A stretch of DNA of 64,000 nt from Steroidobacteraceae bacterium (GTDB taxonomy: Bacteria > Pseudomonadota > Gammaproteobacteria > Steroidobacterales > Steroidobacteraceae): assembly GCA_050248275.1 (NCBI GenBank), contig JBFWSR010000001.1:334979-398978 (forward strand). The letters run 5' to 3'. Shown here in pieces: positions 20,357-30,477 of this stretch; the stretch's first letter is position 1; every line of letters begins with the position of its first letter. Under the pieces are notes generated by a model that was not told the DNA's origin, did no database searches, and worked only from the letters and a program-made list of their open reading frames with translations. A program made the translations under genes and the position numbers.

Positions 20357-20807
20357 AGTTCAGCAATCAGCAATTAGTTACCCGCGCTATCGGCAGTGAC
20401 TGCATCCGGCCGCAGGTAATTGCCAGATTTTACTCAACAAACAGAGATGCGCCGCACAGTACCTGAACATGCGGGCAACACTCGTGCATGGCTCACAGTT
20501 AGCCGCTCAAGCAGCATGCACTCTATGCCGATGCAGCACACAGCAGCGGAATTCATCGGGAGCAATCATGCGTCGTGACAAGGGCTGGCTTCACTACCTG
20601 CATGTTCTGGCGGATCAGGGACGCGACCTGGCACAGCACAATAGCGTTTATGCGCAGCAATGGGCGCATGACGTGCGCTGCATACGCCAGGGCGTCGAGC
20701 ATCGGCGTGTCGGTGAATCGGGCGCCAGCCATGCCCATGACGAATGGCTGCAAGCCGGGTATGTGACGCGACAACCGCTGGCACGCAAGTAACAGGTTGG
20801 TTGTCTG

Positions 20808-21143
20808 TCAGGTTTCCAGTGGCACGAACAGCCACAGCAGGCAGTACAGCAGTACGCCAAAACCAAAGCCGATCACTGACAGGCAGAACAGCACGCGCCA
20901 GCTCCACGAGGGCATGCCGGTATAACGGCCGAGGCCACCACAGACGCCACCCAGCACACGATCAGTGCGGCTACGGCGTAGTTGATGCAACACGCACTGT
21001 GCGCCGGAAGTGTCGGTACCTGTTGCTGTAAAGCCAGCGTCGTTGCCCAGTACCCGGGCTTTTGCTCGGGCGAACTCTTCTTCACTGAGTGCGCCGCTGT
21101 CGCGCAGGGACCGCAAGCGCTCCAATTCATCTGCGATGTTCAT
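20808..21143 (-). CDS. SHOCT/PspC domain membrane protein
   Basis: LRDSGALSEEEFARAKARVL is SHOCT-like. RSRTDRVLGGVCGGLGRY plus a TM helix is the PspC domain. Confidence 0.8.
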   Translation of the reverse strand: MNIADELERLRSLRDSGALSEEEFARAKARVLGNDAGFTATGTDTSGAQCVLHQLRRSRTDRVLGGVCGGLGRYTGMPSWSWRVLFCLSVIGFGFGVLLYCLLWLFVPLET

Positions 21144-21171
21144 GCCCGTGCCTCAATTTTCAAACTGTCAT

Positions 21172-22227
21172 TCAGCGATACCTGCTGAGGATCTTGCCCA
21201 GTGTCTGATTGCCCGGACTGAGCTTGTCATAGGGTAACTGGTTCAGCGGTATGCGGCTGGTTTCATTGCCCGCATGGAAATCCTGACTCTTCGGGTCAAT
21301 GTACAGCATGCCGGTGACATACTCGCCCGCCTGCTGTCTGGTGCGCAGATATTCCATGGCATGACCGCGATCGGTGGGGTCATAGGAGGCCTCCAGCTTG
21401 CGCAGGCGAATCTGGCTGCCATCGTGCAGCTCGATCGGCAGCATGTCACCGGGCGCATAGTCGGCCGTGATGGCAGCGCGTGGCGGCACATAATCGGCAT
21501 GTACCGCTTCTTCAAAGTGACTGCGCACATAGGCATAGCTCTTGGTCGAGCCTTCGTGATCGTTGAAGGTGACGCAGGGCGACAGCACGTCGATCAAGGC
21601 AAATCCCTGATGCTTCAGGCCGGCCTTGATCAGCGGCACCAGCTGTTGCTTGTCGCCGGAAAAGCTGCGCGCGACAAAGGTGCCGCCCAGGGTCAAGGCC
21701 GCCAGCGCCGGATCAATCGGCGGCTGACGATTGATTTCACCCTTCTTGGATTTACTGCCCAGATCGGCCGCAGCCGAGAACTGACCCTTGGTCAGACCGT
21801 ACACACCGTTGTTTTCGCAGATGTACAGCATGTTGACGTTGCGGCGTATGGCATGCGCCAGTTGTCCAAAGCCGATGGACAGCGTGTCGCCATCGCCCGA
21901 GACGCCGACGTAGTACAGATCGCGATTGGCCGCAGCGGCGCCGCTGGCGATGGAGGGCATGCGGCCATGAACGCTGTTGAAGCCATGTGCGCCGCCGACG
22001 AAGTAGGCAGTAGTTTTGGAAGAACAACCAATGCCCGATAGCTTGACCAGCCGATGCGGCGCAATGCCCAGGCCCCAGATGGCTTCGATCAAGGCGGCGG
22101 TGATGGAATCGTGGCCACAACCGGCGCACAGGGTGGACATGGCGCCGTCGTAATCGCGGCGCGTCAGTCCCAATTCATTGCGCGGCAGGTTGAGATTGGC
22201 AATTTTAGGTTTGGTGATGAAACTCAT
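21172..22227 (-). CDS. korB: 2-oxoglutarate:ferredoxin oxidoreductase beta subunit
   Basis: Has a TPP-binding region (CAGCGHDSI, GDGDTLSIG, ICENNGVYGLTKGQ). It is adjacent to korA. Confidence 0.9.
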   Translation of the reverse strand: MSFITKPKIANLNLPRNELGLTRRDYDGAMSTLCAGCGHDSITAALIEAIWGLGIAPHRLVKLSGIGCSSKTTAYFVGGAHGFNSVHGRMPSIASGAAAANRDLYYVGVSGDGDTLSIGFGQLAHAIRRNVNMLYICENNGVYGLTKGQFSAAADLGSKSKKGEINRQPPIDPALAALTLGGTFVARSFSGDKQQLVPLIKAGLKHQGFALIDVLSPCVTFNDHEGSTKSYAYVRSHFEEAVHADYVPPRAAITADYAPGDMLPIELHDGSQIRLRKLEASYDPTDRGHAMEYLRTRQQAGEYVTGMLYIDPKSQDFHAGNETSRIPLNQLPYDKLSPGNQTLGKILSRYR

Positions 22228-22238
22228 CTGCCTGCTCC

Positions 22239-24080
22239 TTAATTGTTCGCCACGGAACGGCGCGGGCTATCCAGTTGCAAGGCCGCACGAATCGGTTCCA
22301 CCACCTGCATGGCGGTCATGGGCAGACCGTTGTAATGCAGGATGGAGTGCAGCCTGGATTTTTCCACTGCGGTTTCCAGAATCAGCAGACTTTTCAACTG
22401 TGCATCGCGGTTCTGTTCGATGACGAATATCTGTTCATGTTTGCGCAGGAACTCTTCCACTTCCTCGCCGAAGGGAAAACCGCGCACGCGCAGATAATCC
22501 GCTGTCACGCCCTGTTGCTTGAGCAGGTCGAGCGCTTCGCGCACTGCGCCATCGCAACTGCCGATGGATAACAGTCCGAGTTTCTGCTGGCCGCTGCCCA
22601 TGAGCACGGCTTTGGGCACCAGCTTCTTCGCTGTCTCAAACTTGCGCTTCAGACGATCCACCACGACCTGATATTCGGTGGCGTCTTCGGTATAGCCGCC
22701 ATACTGGTTGTGACCGGAGCCGCGGGTGAAATACGCGCCCTTGGCGTGCACACCGGGCAGCGAGCGATAGGGAATGCCATCGCCATCGTGATCGTAGTAA
22801 CGCCAGAATTTTTCAATCTTCTCCAGTTGTTCCTTGCTCATCACCTTGCCGCGATCGGGTCGATACTGATCGTCCCACTGCAAATCGGCGCACATCCAGT
22901 CGTTCATGCCGATATCCAGATCGAGCATCACGAACACCGGCGTCTGCAATCGTTCAGCCAGATCGAAGGCCTGCGCTGCCTGATAAAAACATTCTTCCGG
23001 ATTGGCCGGGAACAACAGTACATGCCGGGTATCGCCGTGCGAGGCATAGGCGGCCAGCAGCAAATCGCATTGCTGCGTGCGGGTCGGCATGCCGGTGGAA
23101 GGCCCGACGCGCTGTACATCGAAGATCACCGCGGGAATTTCCGTGTAATACGCCAGACCGACGAATTCGTTCATCAGCGAAATGCCCGGACCGCTGGTGG
23201 GCGTAAAGGCGCGCGCGCCATTCCATGAAGCGCCAATCACCATGCCGATGGCGGACAGTTCGTCTTCTGCCTGGATGACGGCATAGTTGCGTTCGCCAGT
23301 GTCCGCATCCACACGCAACTTCTGGCAGAAATTCTTGAAGGCATCCATCAAGGAAGTCGATGGCGTAATCGGATACCAGGCGCCGACGGTGGCGCCGGCA
23401 TAAACACAACCCAGACCGGCCGTCGTGTTGCCGTCGATCATGATGTGACCGGCGGTCTTGTCCATGCGCTGCACACGCAGGGGCAGCGGACACGGGAAAT
23501 GTTCCTTCGCATAATTGAAGCCGATCTCCAGCGCGCGGGTATTGGCATCCAGCAATGATTGTTTAGCCGCATAACTTTCTTTCAGCATGGCGCGCATCAG
23601 GTCCAGGTCCAGGTCCAGCAGTGCCGCCAGGACGCCGGCATACATGATGTTCTTGAGCAGAATGCGGGCACGCACACCCTGGAAGGTTTCGTTGCACATG
23701 CGCGCCAGCGGCACGCCCAGAATCGTGATGTCGTCGCGTTTCAGCAAGGCGGGTCGCGGCCAGCTCGAGTCGTACAGCAGCCAGCCGCCGGGACTGACTT
23801 CCTTGATGTCCCTGGCATAAGTCTCGGCATTCATCGCCACCATCAGATCGATGCGGCCGGAGCGGGCCATGTGACCATCCCTGGTGATGCGGATTTCGTA
23901 CCAGGTGGGCATGCCCTGGATGTTGGAGGGAAAGTAGTTCTTGCCCACCACCGGCACGCCCATGCGAAACACGGTTTTCATCAGCATGGTGTTGGCGCTG
24001 GCCGAACCGGTGCCATTGACGTTGGCCAGCTTGATGGCGAAATCATTCACGCGTTCGGTCTTGTCGATGGATGCTTGCAT
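22239..24080 (-). CDS. korA: 2-oxoglutarate:ferredoxin oxidoreductase alpha subunit
   Basis: Has the typical KorA N-terminus (NDFAIKLANVNGTGSASAN) and a pyruvate-flavodoxin oxidoreductase core. The start at ATG 24080 is preceded by AGGGG and lies 1 nt after the upstream gene's stop. Confidence 0.9.
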   Translation of the reverse strand: MQASIDKTERVNDFAIKLANVNGTGSASANTMLMKTVFRMGVPVVGKNYFPSNIQGMPTWYEIRITRDGHMARSGRIDLMVAMNAETYARDIKEVSPGGWLLYDSSWPRPALLKRDDITILGVPLARMCNETFQGVRARILLKNIMYAGVLAALLDLDLDLMRAMLKESYAAKQSLLDANTRALEIGFNYAKEHFPCPLPLRVQRMDKTAGHIMIDGNTTAGLGCVYAGATVGAWYPITPSTSLMDAFKNFCQKLRVDADTGERNYAVIQAEDELSAIGMVIGASWNGARAFTPTSGPGISLMNEFVGLAYYTEIPAVIFDVQRVGPSTGMPTRTQQCDLLLAAYASHGDTRHVLLFPANPEECFYQAAQAFDLAERLQTPVFVMLDLDIGMNDWMCADLQWDDQYRPDRGKVMSKEQLEKIEKFWRYYDHDGDGIPYRSLPGVHAKGAYFTRGSGHNQYGGYTEDATEYQVVVDRLKRKFETAKKLVPKAVLMGSGQQKLGLLSIGSCDGAVREALDLLKQQGVTADYLRVRGFPFGEEVEEFLRKHEQIFVIEQNRDAQLKSLLILETAVEKSRLHSILHYNGLPMTAMQVVEPIRAALQLDSPRRSVANN

Positions 24081-24081
24081 C

Positions 24082-25896
24082 TCAGGCCCCTGCATGCGCA
24101 ATTTGGATCGTGGATTTCTGCATGTCCCAGGCGAAGGTCGGACAGCGTTCAGCGCACAGGCCGCAGTGTACGCACAGGTTTTCGTCCTTCACCATCACCC
24201 TCCCGGTCTGCTTCAGGGGCGCCGAGACATACAGCGGTTGCTGATGATTCTGCGTCGGCGCTTTCAGCTGCGTGCGCAGCTGCGCTTCATCTGCGTTCGG
24301 CGTGATGGTCAGGCAATCCACCGGGCAGATGTCGATGCAGGCATCGCATTCGATGCACAGTTTGGGTTCAAACACGGTTTGCACATCGCAGTTCAGGCAG
24401 CGCTGCACTTCGGCAGCCGCCTGTTCCGCGTTGAAGCCCAGCTCGACTTCAATGTTGATCTGCTTGAAACGCTCTTTCAGACTGACATGCGGCATCAGCC
24501 GGCGTTCGACGGGATTGAAATCGTTCTTGTACGACCACTCGTGAATACCCATCTTGCGGCTGGACAGAGTCAGCAGGGGCGGCGGTCGTTCGGCAACGGC
24601 TTTACCCGAACAGAAATGATGGATGGAGATCGCAGCCTGGTGGCCATGCTCCACTGCCCAGATGATATTTTTGGGCCCGAACGCGGCATCGCCGCCGAAG
24701 AACACCTCCGGGCGCGTGGACTGAAAGGTGATCTGGTCGGTCACGGGCACATGCCAGCGATCGAACTTGATGCCGAGATCTGATTCGATCCAGGGAAAGG
24801 CATTCTCCTGACCGATGGCCAGAATCACATCATCACACTCAATGGTGACTTCACCGCTGACACGTTCGCTGACAATGCGCTCGCCCTGCATCTCGTATTC
24901 CATTTGCTCGAAGCGCATGCCGGTCAGTTTGCCGTTACTGATCACGAAGGCCTTGGGCGAATGGTTCACCATGATCTGCACGCTTTCTTCTTCTGCATCG
25001 TCCAGCTCCCAGGCAGATGCCTTGAAAAACTGGCGCGGTTTGCGCGCCATCACCTTCACATTCCTTGCGCCCAGTCGCAGCGCGCTGCGGCAGCAATCCA
25101 TGGCGGTATTGCCGACGCCGATGATCAACACCTTCGCGCCAATATGGCCGGTGTGTCCGAAGGCAACGGACTCCAGCCAGTCAATGCCAATATGGATACG
25201 GTCGGATTGATCACGGCCCGGCAGGTTCAGATCTTTGCCCTTGGGCGCGCCGCTGCCGATGAATATGGCATCGAAGGCTTTGCCATCGAGTAGTGCTTTC
25301 AGGCTGTTTACCGGCGAGTTGAGTTTCAGTGCCACTCCACCACGTTCGGTGATGTAACCGATCTCTTCGTCCAGCACCTGCGCCGGTAACCGGAAGGAGG
25401 GAATGTTGGTGCGCATCAGGCCGCCGGCCTGGGCCCATTTTTCAAAAATGGTGACTTCATAACCCAGCGGCGCGAGATTGCTGGCGACTGTGAGCGACGC
25501 AGGACCGGCGCCGATGCAGGCAATGCGCTTGCCGTTTTTCTGTGCCGGTATTTTGGGCAGCAAGTCGATGACCGAGTCGCGGTGATCGGCCGCCACGCGT
25601 TTCAGGCGGCAGATGGCCACCGGTTTTTCTTCGACCCGGCCGCGCCGGCAGGCAGGTTCGCAGGGGCGATCGCACACGCGCCCGAGGATGCCGGGAAATA
25701 CGTTCGATTCACGATTCACCAGATACGCATCGGTGAACCGCCCCTGCGCAATCAGGCGTATGTATTCAGGAACATCGGTATGCGCAGGGCAGGCCCATTG
25801 GCAGTCCACTACGCGATGATAATAGTTCGGGTCCCGAGTGTTGGTGGCGTCCACATCCACAACCTTGTCGTTTGCCCGGCACGTGGAGATGGACAT
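24082..25896 (-). CDS. GltD-like FAD/NAD(P)H oxidoreductase with C-terminal 2x[4Fe-4S] ferredoxin domain (KorC-like)
   Basis: Has a Rossmann motif IACIGAGPASL, a second motif VLIIGVGNTAMD, and CIECDACIDICP plus CVHCGLCAERCP clusters. It is co-directional and contiguous with korA-korB. An alternative start is at 25938. Confidence 0.85.
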   Translation of the reverse strand: MSISTCRANDKVVDVDATNTRDPNYYHRVVDCQWACPAHTDVPEYIRLIAQGRFTDAYLVNRESNVFPGILGRVCDRPCEPACRRGRVEEKPVAICRLKRVAADHRDSVIDLLPKIPAQKNGKRIACIGAGPASLTVASNLAPLGYEVTIFEKWAQAGGLMRTNIPSFRLPAQVLDEEIGYITERGGVALKLNSPVNSLKALLDGKAFDAIFIGSGAPKGKDLNLPGRDQSDRIHIGIDWLESVAFGHTGHIGAKVLIIGVGNTAMDCCRSALRLGARNVKVMARKPRQFFKASAWELDDAEEESVQIMVNHSPKAFVISNGKLTGMRFEQMEYEMQGERIVSERVSGEVTIECDDVILAIGQENAFPWIESDLGIKFDRWHVPVTDQITFQSTRPEVFFGGDAAFGPKNIIWAVEHGHQAAISIHHFCSGKAVAERPPPLLTLSSRKMGIHEWSYKNDFNPVERRLMPHVSLKERFKQINIEVELGFNAEQAAAEVQRCLNCDVQTVFEPKLCIECDACIDICPVDCLTITPNADEAQLRTQLKAPTQNHQQPLYVSAPLKQTGRVMVKDENLCVHCGLCAERCPTFAWDMQKSTIQIAHAGA

Positions 25897-26071
25897 GCGC
25901 AAGCGCCATAGCTCTCGCGCTGCTGGCACAGCGCGCATCCCCCGAGTGTTTTATTGGTGCGCCAGATAATTTGCCTTTTGCAGACGAAAGGCAAGCGTAA
26001 CAAACCGCTATCAGCAGTCGATTAACGAGCGGTGCTGACCCGAGGCAGGTCGCTCAAGCGTGCCAGCCATG

Positions 26072-29000
26072 TCATTGCAACTTCACTCGAAAGTGGATGC
26101 TGAAGCCGGGATTGCCGCTTCCGGAGGCTGCTGACAACGCGCCGCCGGGCGCTACGCGAATGCCAGTGACAGCGGCATCCACGCCATCGGCATCTGCCGT
26201 GGGCGTATAAGTGAATGGAATGCCGCCGCCAACCGTATTTGAATAGGTGGTGTTACCACTGCCATAACTCAAACCGCTGGCGGGCGTGCCATCAGTAAAC
26301 TGAAGCACCGTGCATTGCCCGACATTGGCGACGCACATCCTCGTATGCTCAGGAATCGGATCGGTTATCACCAGCGTGCTGGCGTCCACAGGACCTGTTC
26401 CGGTGTTGGTGACCGTGATGGTGTAACCAATGATGCTGCCGGGAATGCGTTTGGGGTTGTTGCTCAAGTTCACCGGATCCCAGATGACATTGGCTACCTT
26501 GGTGACCTGCAAGGTCGGCATGGGAACTGTAACAGTGAATGCGCCTATGCCTAAATCGTTGATCGTGCCTTCGGTGCCTTCGTTGGCGGTGACGCGTGCG
26601 GACCACGTACCTGCTGGCGCGTTGCCTGGAATGGCATACGAATACTGGTAGATCTTGGCGGCGGCGCCGGAATCGTTAACTTGCGTCATGGCCGCCGCTG
26701 TCACTACATCGGTGCCGGATGGATTGCGCAATGTAATCGTCGCGCCACTGATATCGAAACTGCCGAACGGATCGCTGACCACGGCGCGTACATAAGCGGT
26801 GCTGCCGCGCGTGAAACTGGTGGTCACCACGCCGCCTGCATATGTCGCCGTGTAAGTTTGCACGCTATCAACGTTGATGACGGTGGCGCTGTTAAGCTCG
26901 ATGCGCGAATTATTGCCGCCAAACAGCGGATAAACAGTCAAGACACGTGCCGAGGCATTTGTGCCTCCCGTACTGTTGGTGATGGTCAGGGTGAAGGTGG
27001 AGCCTGCCGGTACAGTGACCGCAGAATTCAGGATCAATGTAAAAGTAATCAGATTCGGCGAACCGGAAAGCGCAACGCTGGTCGGGCCTGCTGACGCCAG
27101 TGTTCCCAGCGCGGAATTGGCAAGGGTTACCGTTACATTGCGGTTGCTGCCCTGGCCTGACTCACTAAGCAGCAGGCGCACCGGAAAACCACCGCTTTGC
27201 AAAGTCAGATTCTGCTGCAGTGCAGGCGTCAGCAACCAGCTGGAGTTGCCGCCGGCGCCGCTTATCGTTACGGAATTCTGTGCGCCGCCAGGCGGAGTTC
27301 GGTAAAGACGTTGATCGGGATTGCTCCATAAATACAAATTCTTTACGCCACTACCTGCGATTCGTGATGGCGACACCACCACTTGCGGCGCGCTCGGCGT
27401 AGCGCCCACGCCTGCGGGATTATTGATGGTTGCCGTATTGTCGATGGTTGCGCCGGGTGAGGCGCCGGCAGCAACTGTCACATCGAACACGACGGTTGCG
27501 CTGCCATTGGCGGGCACGGTGATGCCAGTGATGTTCAGGAAGCCGTTGTTGTTGGCGCCGGTGCCGGTCCCAGTGGAGACATTGCTGGCGCCGCTGGGAA
27601 TACTGGTGACGCTGAAGCCGCTGACATTGCCTGGAATGTTGTCAGTTACAGTCACCGCGGTAGCGGCGATCGCCGAGGAGTTGGTCATCGTGATGGTGTA
27701 TCGCAGTGTGTCGCCTGGATCGGCTTCACCACCGTTCAAATCAGCCACGCTCTTGGTCGATGCGCTGAGGTTCGAACCCAGCACGGTTGCAGTGTCGGTG
27801 GCTGAGTTATTGCCGGTGGTGTTGTCCTGGCTGCCTGTACTGCTGACCGTGGCGGTATTACTGATACTGGGATAGGCGGCATTACCTACTGACACGGTCA
27901 GGGCAATGTCGGGAAAAGCGCTGCCTGACGCCAGCGGCGCCGGATGCGTGCAGGTCATCACTTGTCCTGCCGCGCCACACGTCCAGCCGGTGCCCGTAGC
28001 TGAAACATAAGTCAGACCGGCAGGCAGCGTGTCAGTGACAGTCACCGGATAATCCACCGGCTGTACACCCGCTTCGTTGGCGACGTGCAGGGTGTAGCTG
28101 GCATTGCCGCCGACCGTGAAGTTGCCGCTGTGTGTTTTGGTAATCGACAAGTCGATCTGCGGCTCGCTGGTAACGCTGATGATTTGCGCAGTGAGCAATA
28201 CCAGGTCGCCGCCGGCTGAATAGTAAGTGGTTGCGGAAGTCTGGCCGGGGCTCAAATAAGGGGTCAGGTCGTAGGTATCGACGTCCACGCCATAGGTGTT
28301 GTCGAGTCCGAGCGTATTGATCGTGCCGTCGTACTGCTGCACGGTCGGGCTGCTGCCTGACGGCACAATGCCATCGTCTAGGGCATTGCCGTTGAAGGAC
28401 AGACTTTCCGAAAAACCGTTGAGTGGATCGGAATTGCCCGGGTCGCCTTCCCAGGTCACCACCGTCATCTTGCCGTCAATGTTGCTGCTCGGGATTCGAA
28501 ACCCGTTTGGCGTCAGTGACACTGCGCTGCCACGGAAATAATCCAGGCCATCAAAGATATTCAGCGCACGCAGTCGTTCCGAGCTCGATTCATAGATGAC
28601 GATGAGGCTCCATCCTGCAACGACGGCGCTGACATCGCAAAACGGTGTGCCGCTATCGACCGACAGGCCGCTGAAAGTGAACGAGCCGTTGCCCGTGATC
28701 CGGGAAGTGACATCGGCGAAGCCGCCGAAAAACGGGTAGCTGGTGCCGCCATTGGTAAAGGTGGTGGTAAAGGTGCGAGAAGCAAATATCGAACCGCCGT
28801 TCAAGCTGACCACGCTGTCCACTGTTGATCCTGAGCCGCCCCAGTACAAATAAGCAGCAGCGATCCTTGCGCCTGCTGGAATACCGCTGAGCATCTGTGA
28901 GCTGCTCGAGTTCAGCGTACAGCCATTGCTGGCGCTATTGCGCAGCGTTCCACCCGTTGCCACATAGTTGTAATTACCGGTGAAACGGGCATAACGCGAA

Positions 29001-29107
29001 ATGACATCGGCCTGCGCCACTGCAGCTACGCAACTGAGCGCCAGCAAGATGAGTAATCGGGCAAAACGTGTCATGAATGATCGGTTTGTCAGAATCCGCA
29101 ACGACAT
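26072..29107 (-). CDS. Large exported DUF11-repeat protein with distinct N-terminal head domain
   Basis: 1011 aa with signal peptide MTRFARLLILLALSCVAAVAQA (alternative start 29074). The N-terminal domain of about 300 aa is not DUF11 (LYWGGSGS, WSLIVIYE). It is followed by several DUF11/TIGR01451-type repeats (DLSITKTHSG..., VTDTLPAGLTYVS). The C-terminal domain is homologous to the C-termini of the two 33-kDa proteins. Confidence 0.85.
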   Translation of the reverse strand: MSLRILTNRSFMTRFARLLILLALSCVAAVAQADVISRYARFTGNYNYVATGGTLRNSASNGCTLNSSSSQMLSGIPAGARIAAAYLYWGGSGSTVDSVVSLNGGSIFASRTFTTTFTNGGTSYPFFGGFADVTSRITGNGSFTFSGLSVDSGTPFCDVSAVVAGWSLIVIYESSSERLRALNIFDGLDYFRGSAVSLTPNGFRIPSSNIDGKMTVVTWEGDPGNSDPLNGFSESLSFNGNALDDGIVPSGSSPTVQQYDGTINTLGLDNTYGVDVDTYDLTPYLSPGQTSATTYYSAGGDLVLLTAQIISVTSEPQIDLSITKTHSGNFTVGGNASYTLHVANEAGVQPVDYPVTVTDTLPAGLTYVSATGTGWTCGAAGQVMTCTHPAPLASGSAFPDIALTVSVGNAAYPSISNTATVSSTGSQDNTTGNNSATDTATVLGSNLSASTKSVADLNGGEADPGDTLRYTITMTNSSAIAATAVTVTDNIPGNVSGFSVTSIPSGASNVSTGTGTGANNNGFLNITGITVPANGSATVVFDVTVAAGASPGATIDNTATINNPAGVGATPSAPQVVVSPSRIAGSGVKNLYLWSNPDQRLYRTPPGGAQNSVTISGAGGNSSWLLTPALQQNLTLQSGGFPVRLLLSESGQGSNRNVTVTLANSALGTLASAGPTSVALSGSPNLITFTLILNSAVTVPAGSTFTLTITNSTGGTNASARVLTVYPLFGGNNSRIELNSATVINVDSVQTYTATYAGGVVTTSFTRGSTAYVRAVVSDPFGSFDISGATITLRNPSGTDVVTAAAMTQVNDSGAAAKIYQYSYAIPGNAPAGTWSARVTANEGTEGTINDLGIGAFTVTVPMPTLQVTKVANVIWDPVNLSNNPKRIPGSIIGYTITVTNTGTGPVDASTLVITDPIPEHTRMCVANVGQCTVLQFTDGTPASGLSYGSGNTTYSNTVGGGIPFTYTPTADADGVDAAVTGIRVAPGGALSAASGSGNPGFSIHFRVKLQ

Positions 29108-29422
29108 TTAAGGGATTGGACTAAATGCAGCCAGCATATCGGCTTCATAAATGGAGGAAGCCAAGTCAGTCACATTTTCTGGTGGGCAATGGGCTTAAGC
29201 GTCTGAAAAGCGCGACGCCATCGACAGGTCACCGCAAATCTTTAGCGCCTGCGCGACAAACTGAGAAATACCTCACGACGGCCCATCGGCATTTGACAAA
29301 AATCCAGCCTCAATCATCGAAGGTTTAAGGATATGCCTTAACCAACTTGCCCGGTTTCTCGGCAATGCAGTTGCAGCCCGGCCTGAACTCTCGATTGACA
29401 TTGATTAACGTCTGGAGGTTTT

Positions 29423-30427
29423 GTGGCCGGTACAACTTGCGTGCGTCGTCGGGCGTATTTACTGCTTTCTGCCATGTGCGTGCTGGCCTTGCTGCCATCG
29501 CTGGGTCAGGCCGCCGGTACGGCTGCCGGCACCGCCATCCAGAATACCGCCCAGGTCAGCTACGACATTGCCGGTACGCCGGTGACCACGGCTTCCAATG
29601 CCACCACGCTGACCGTGGCCGAGATTATCAACACCAACATCACGACCCTGACCAGTTCGGTGAGTGTGGCGCCAGGCGCTGTCAATCAGGTCCTGCAGTT
29701 CCGGCTGACCAACACGGGCAATGGCCCGGAAAAATTTCACCTGACGCCCAACAGCACCATCGTTGGCGACAACTTCGATCCGGTACTGGCTACCAATTCC
29801 ATCTACTTCGATACCGATGGCGTTGCTGGTCTGTCGCCCGGTGACACGTTGTATGTACCCGGCAGCAACGATCCGAACCTGCTTGCGGATGCTTCGATTG
29901 TCGTGCTGCTGGTCAACAACATTCCCACCGGTCTGGCGAATGGCGCTATCGGCCGCAGTGAACTGACTGCCGCCGCATTCACCGGCACTGGCGCAGCCGG
30001 TACCGTCTTCGCAGGCCAGGGAACGGGCGGTGTTGACGCGATGCTGGGCACCACCGGCGGCCGCGCCAACAACAATGGTGCATATGTTGTCGGTTCGATC
30101 ACCTTGAGCGCCGTGAAATCGCAGGTAGTTACCGATCAATTCGGCGGCAGTCAGCCAGTGCCCGGCGCCACCATTACCTATCAGATTGCCATTACCCCCT
30201 CGGGCAGCGGTACGGCAAGCAATGCGATTTTCAGCGACGCCATTCCGGCGAATACCACCTACAAGGCCGGCAGCCTGAAATTGAACGGCGCTGCCCTGTC
30301 GGATGCCGGCGATACCGATGCCGGCCAGTACGTGAGTGCGCCATCAGCACAGGTCTCGGTGACGCTGGGCGCGCTCACAGCCGCCAGCGGCGTACAGACC
30401 GTGAACTTCGCCGTCACCATCAACTGA
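29423..30427 (+). CDS. Exported DUF11-domain subunit-like protein (paralogue 1)
   Basis: GTG start 5 nt after GGAGG. The signal peptide ends GQA-AG. Contains TNTGNGPEKF and a C-terminal DUF11 domain ending VNFAVTIN. It is paralogous to 31096..32085. Confidence 0.85.
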   Translation: MAGTTCVRRRAYLLLSAMCVLALLPSLGQAAGTAAGTAIQNTAQVSYDIAGTPVTTASNATTLTVAEIINTNITTLTSSVSVAPGAVNQVLQFRLTNTGNGPEKFHLTPNSTIVGDNFDPVLATNSIYFDTDGVAGLSPGDTLYVPGSNDPNLLADASIVVLLVNNIPTGLANGAIGRSELTAAAFTGTGAAGTVFAGQGTGGVDAMLGTTGGRANNNGAYVVGSITLSAVKSQVVTDQFGGSQPVPGATITYQIAITPSGSGTASNAIFSDAIPANTTYKAGSLKLNGAALSDAGDTDAGQYVSAPSAQVSVTLGALTAASGVQTVNFAVTIN

Positions 30428-30477
30428 TTCCAGTCATTCAACATCAATCCAGCACGTATTGCAGAAGGGTCACGATC

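Noticed and set aside
20357-20807. Possible small gene in the 450-bp gap (ORF 20469-20792, or its internal start MRRDKGW at about 20568)
   Set aside because: It has no RBS and no recognisable family, and several overlapping ORFs of similar size lie on both strands. I cannot support it as coding, so the gap is left unannotated.
21274-24783. Plus-strand ORFs opposite korB, korA and korC (21274-22041, 23559-24305, 23941-24783)
   Set aside because: They are shadow ORFs in GC-rich coding DNA. The minus-strand products have clear TPP, Fe-S and FAD motifs.
29125-29328. 67-aa ORF in the divergent promoter region of the DUF11 locus
   Set aside because: It is short, with no RBS, a basic low-complexity translation and no family. 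It is more likely non-coding control DNA.
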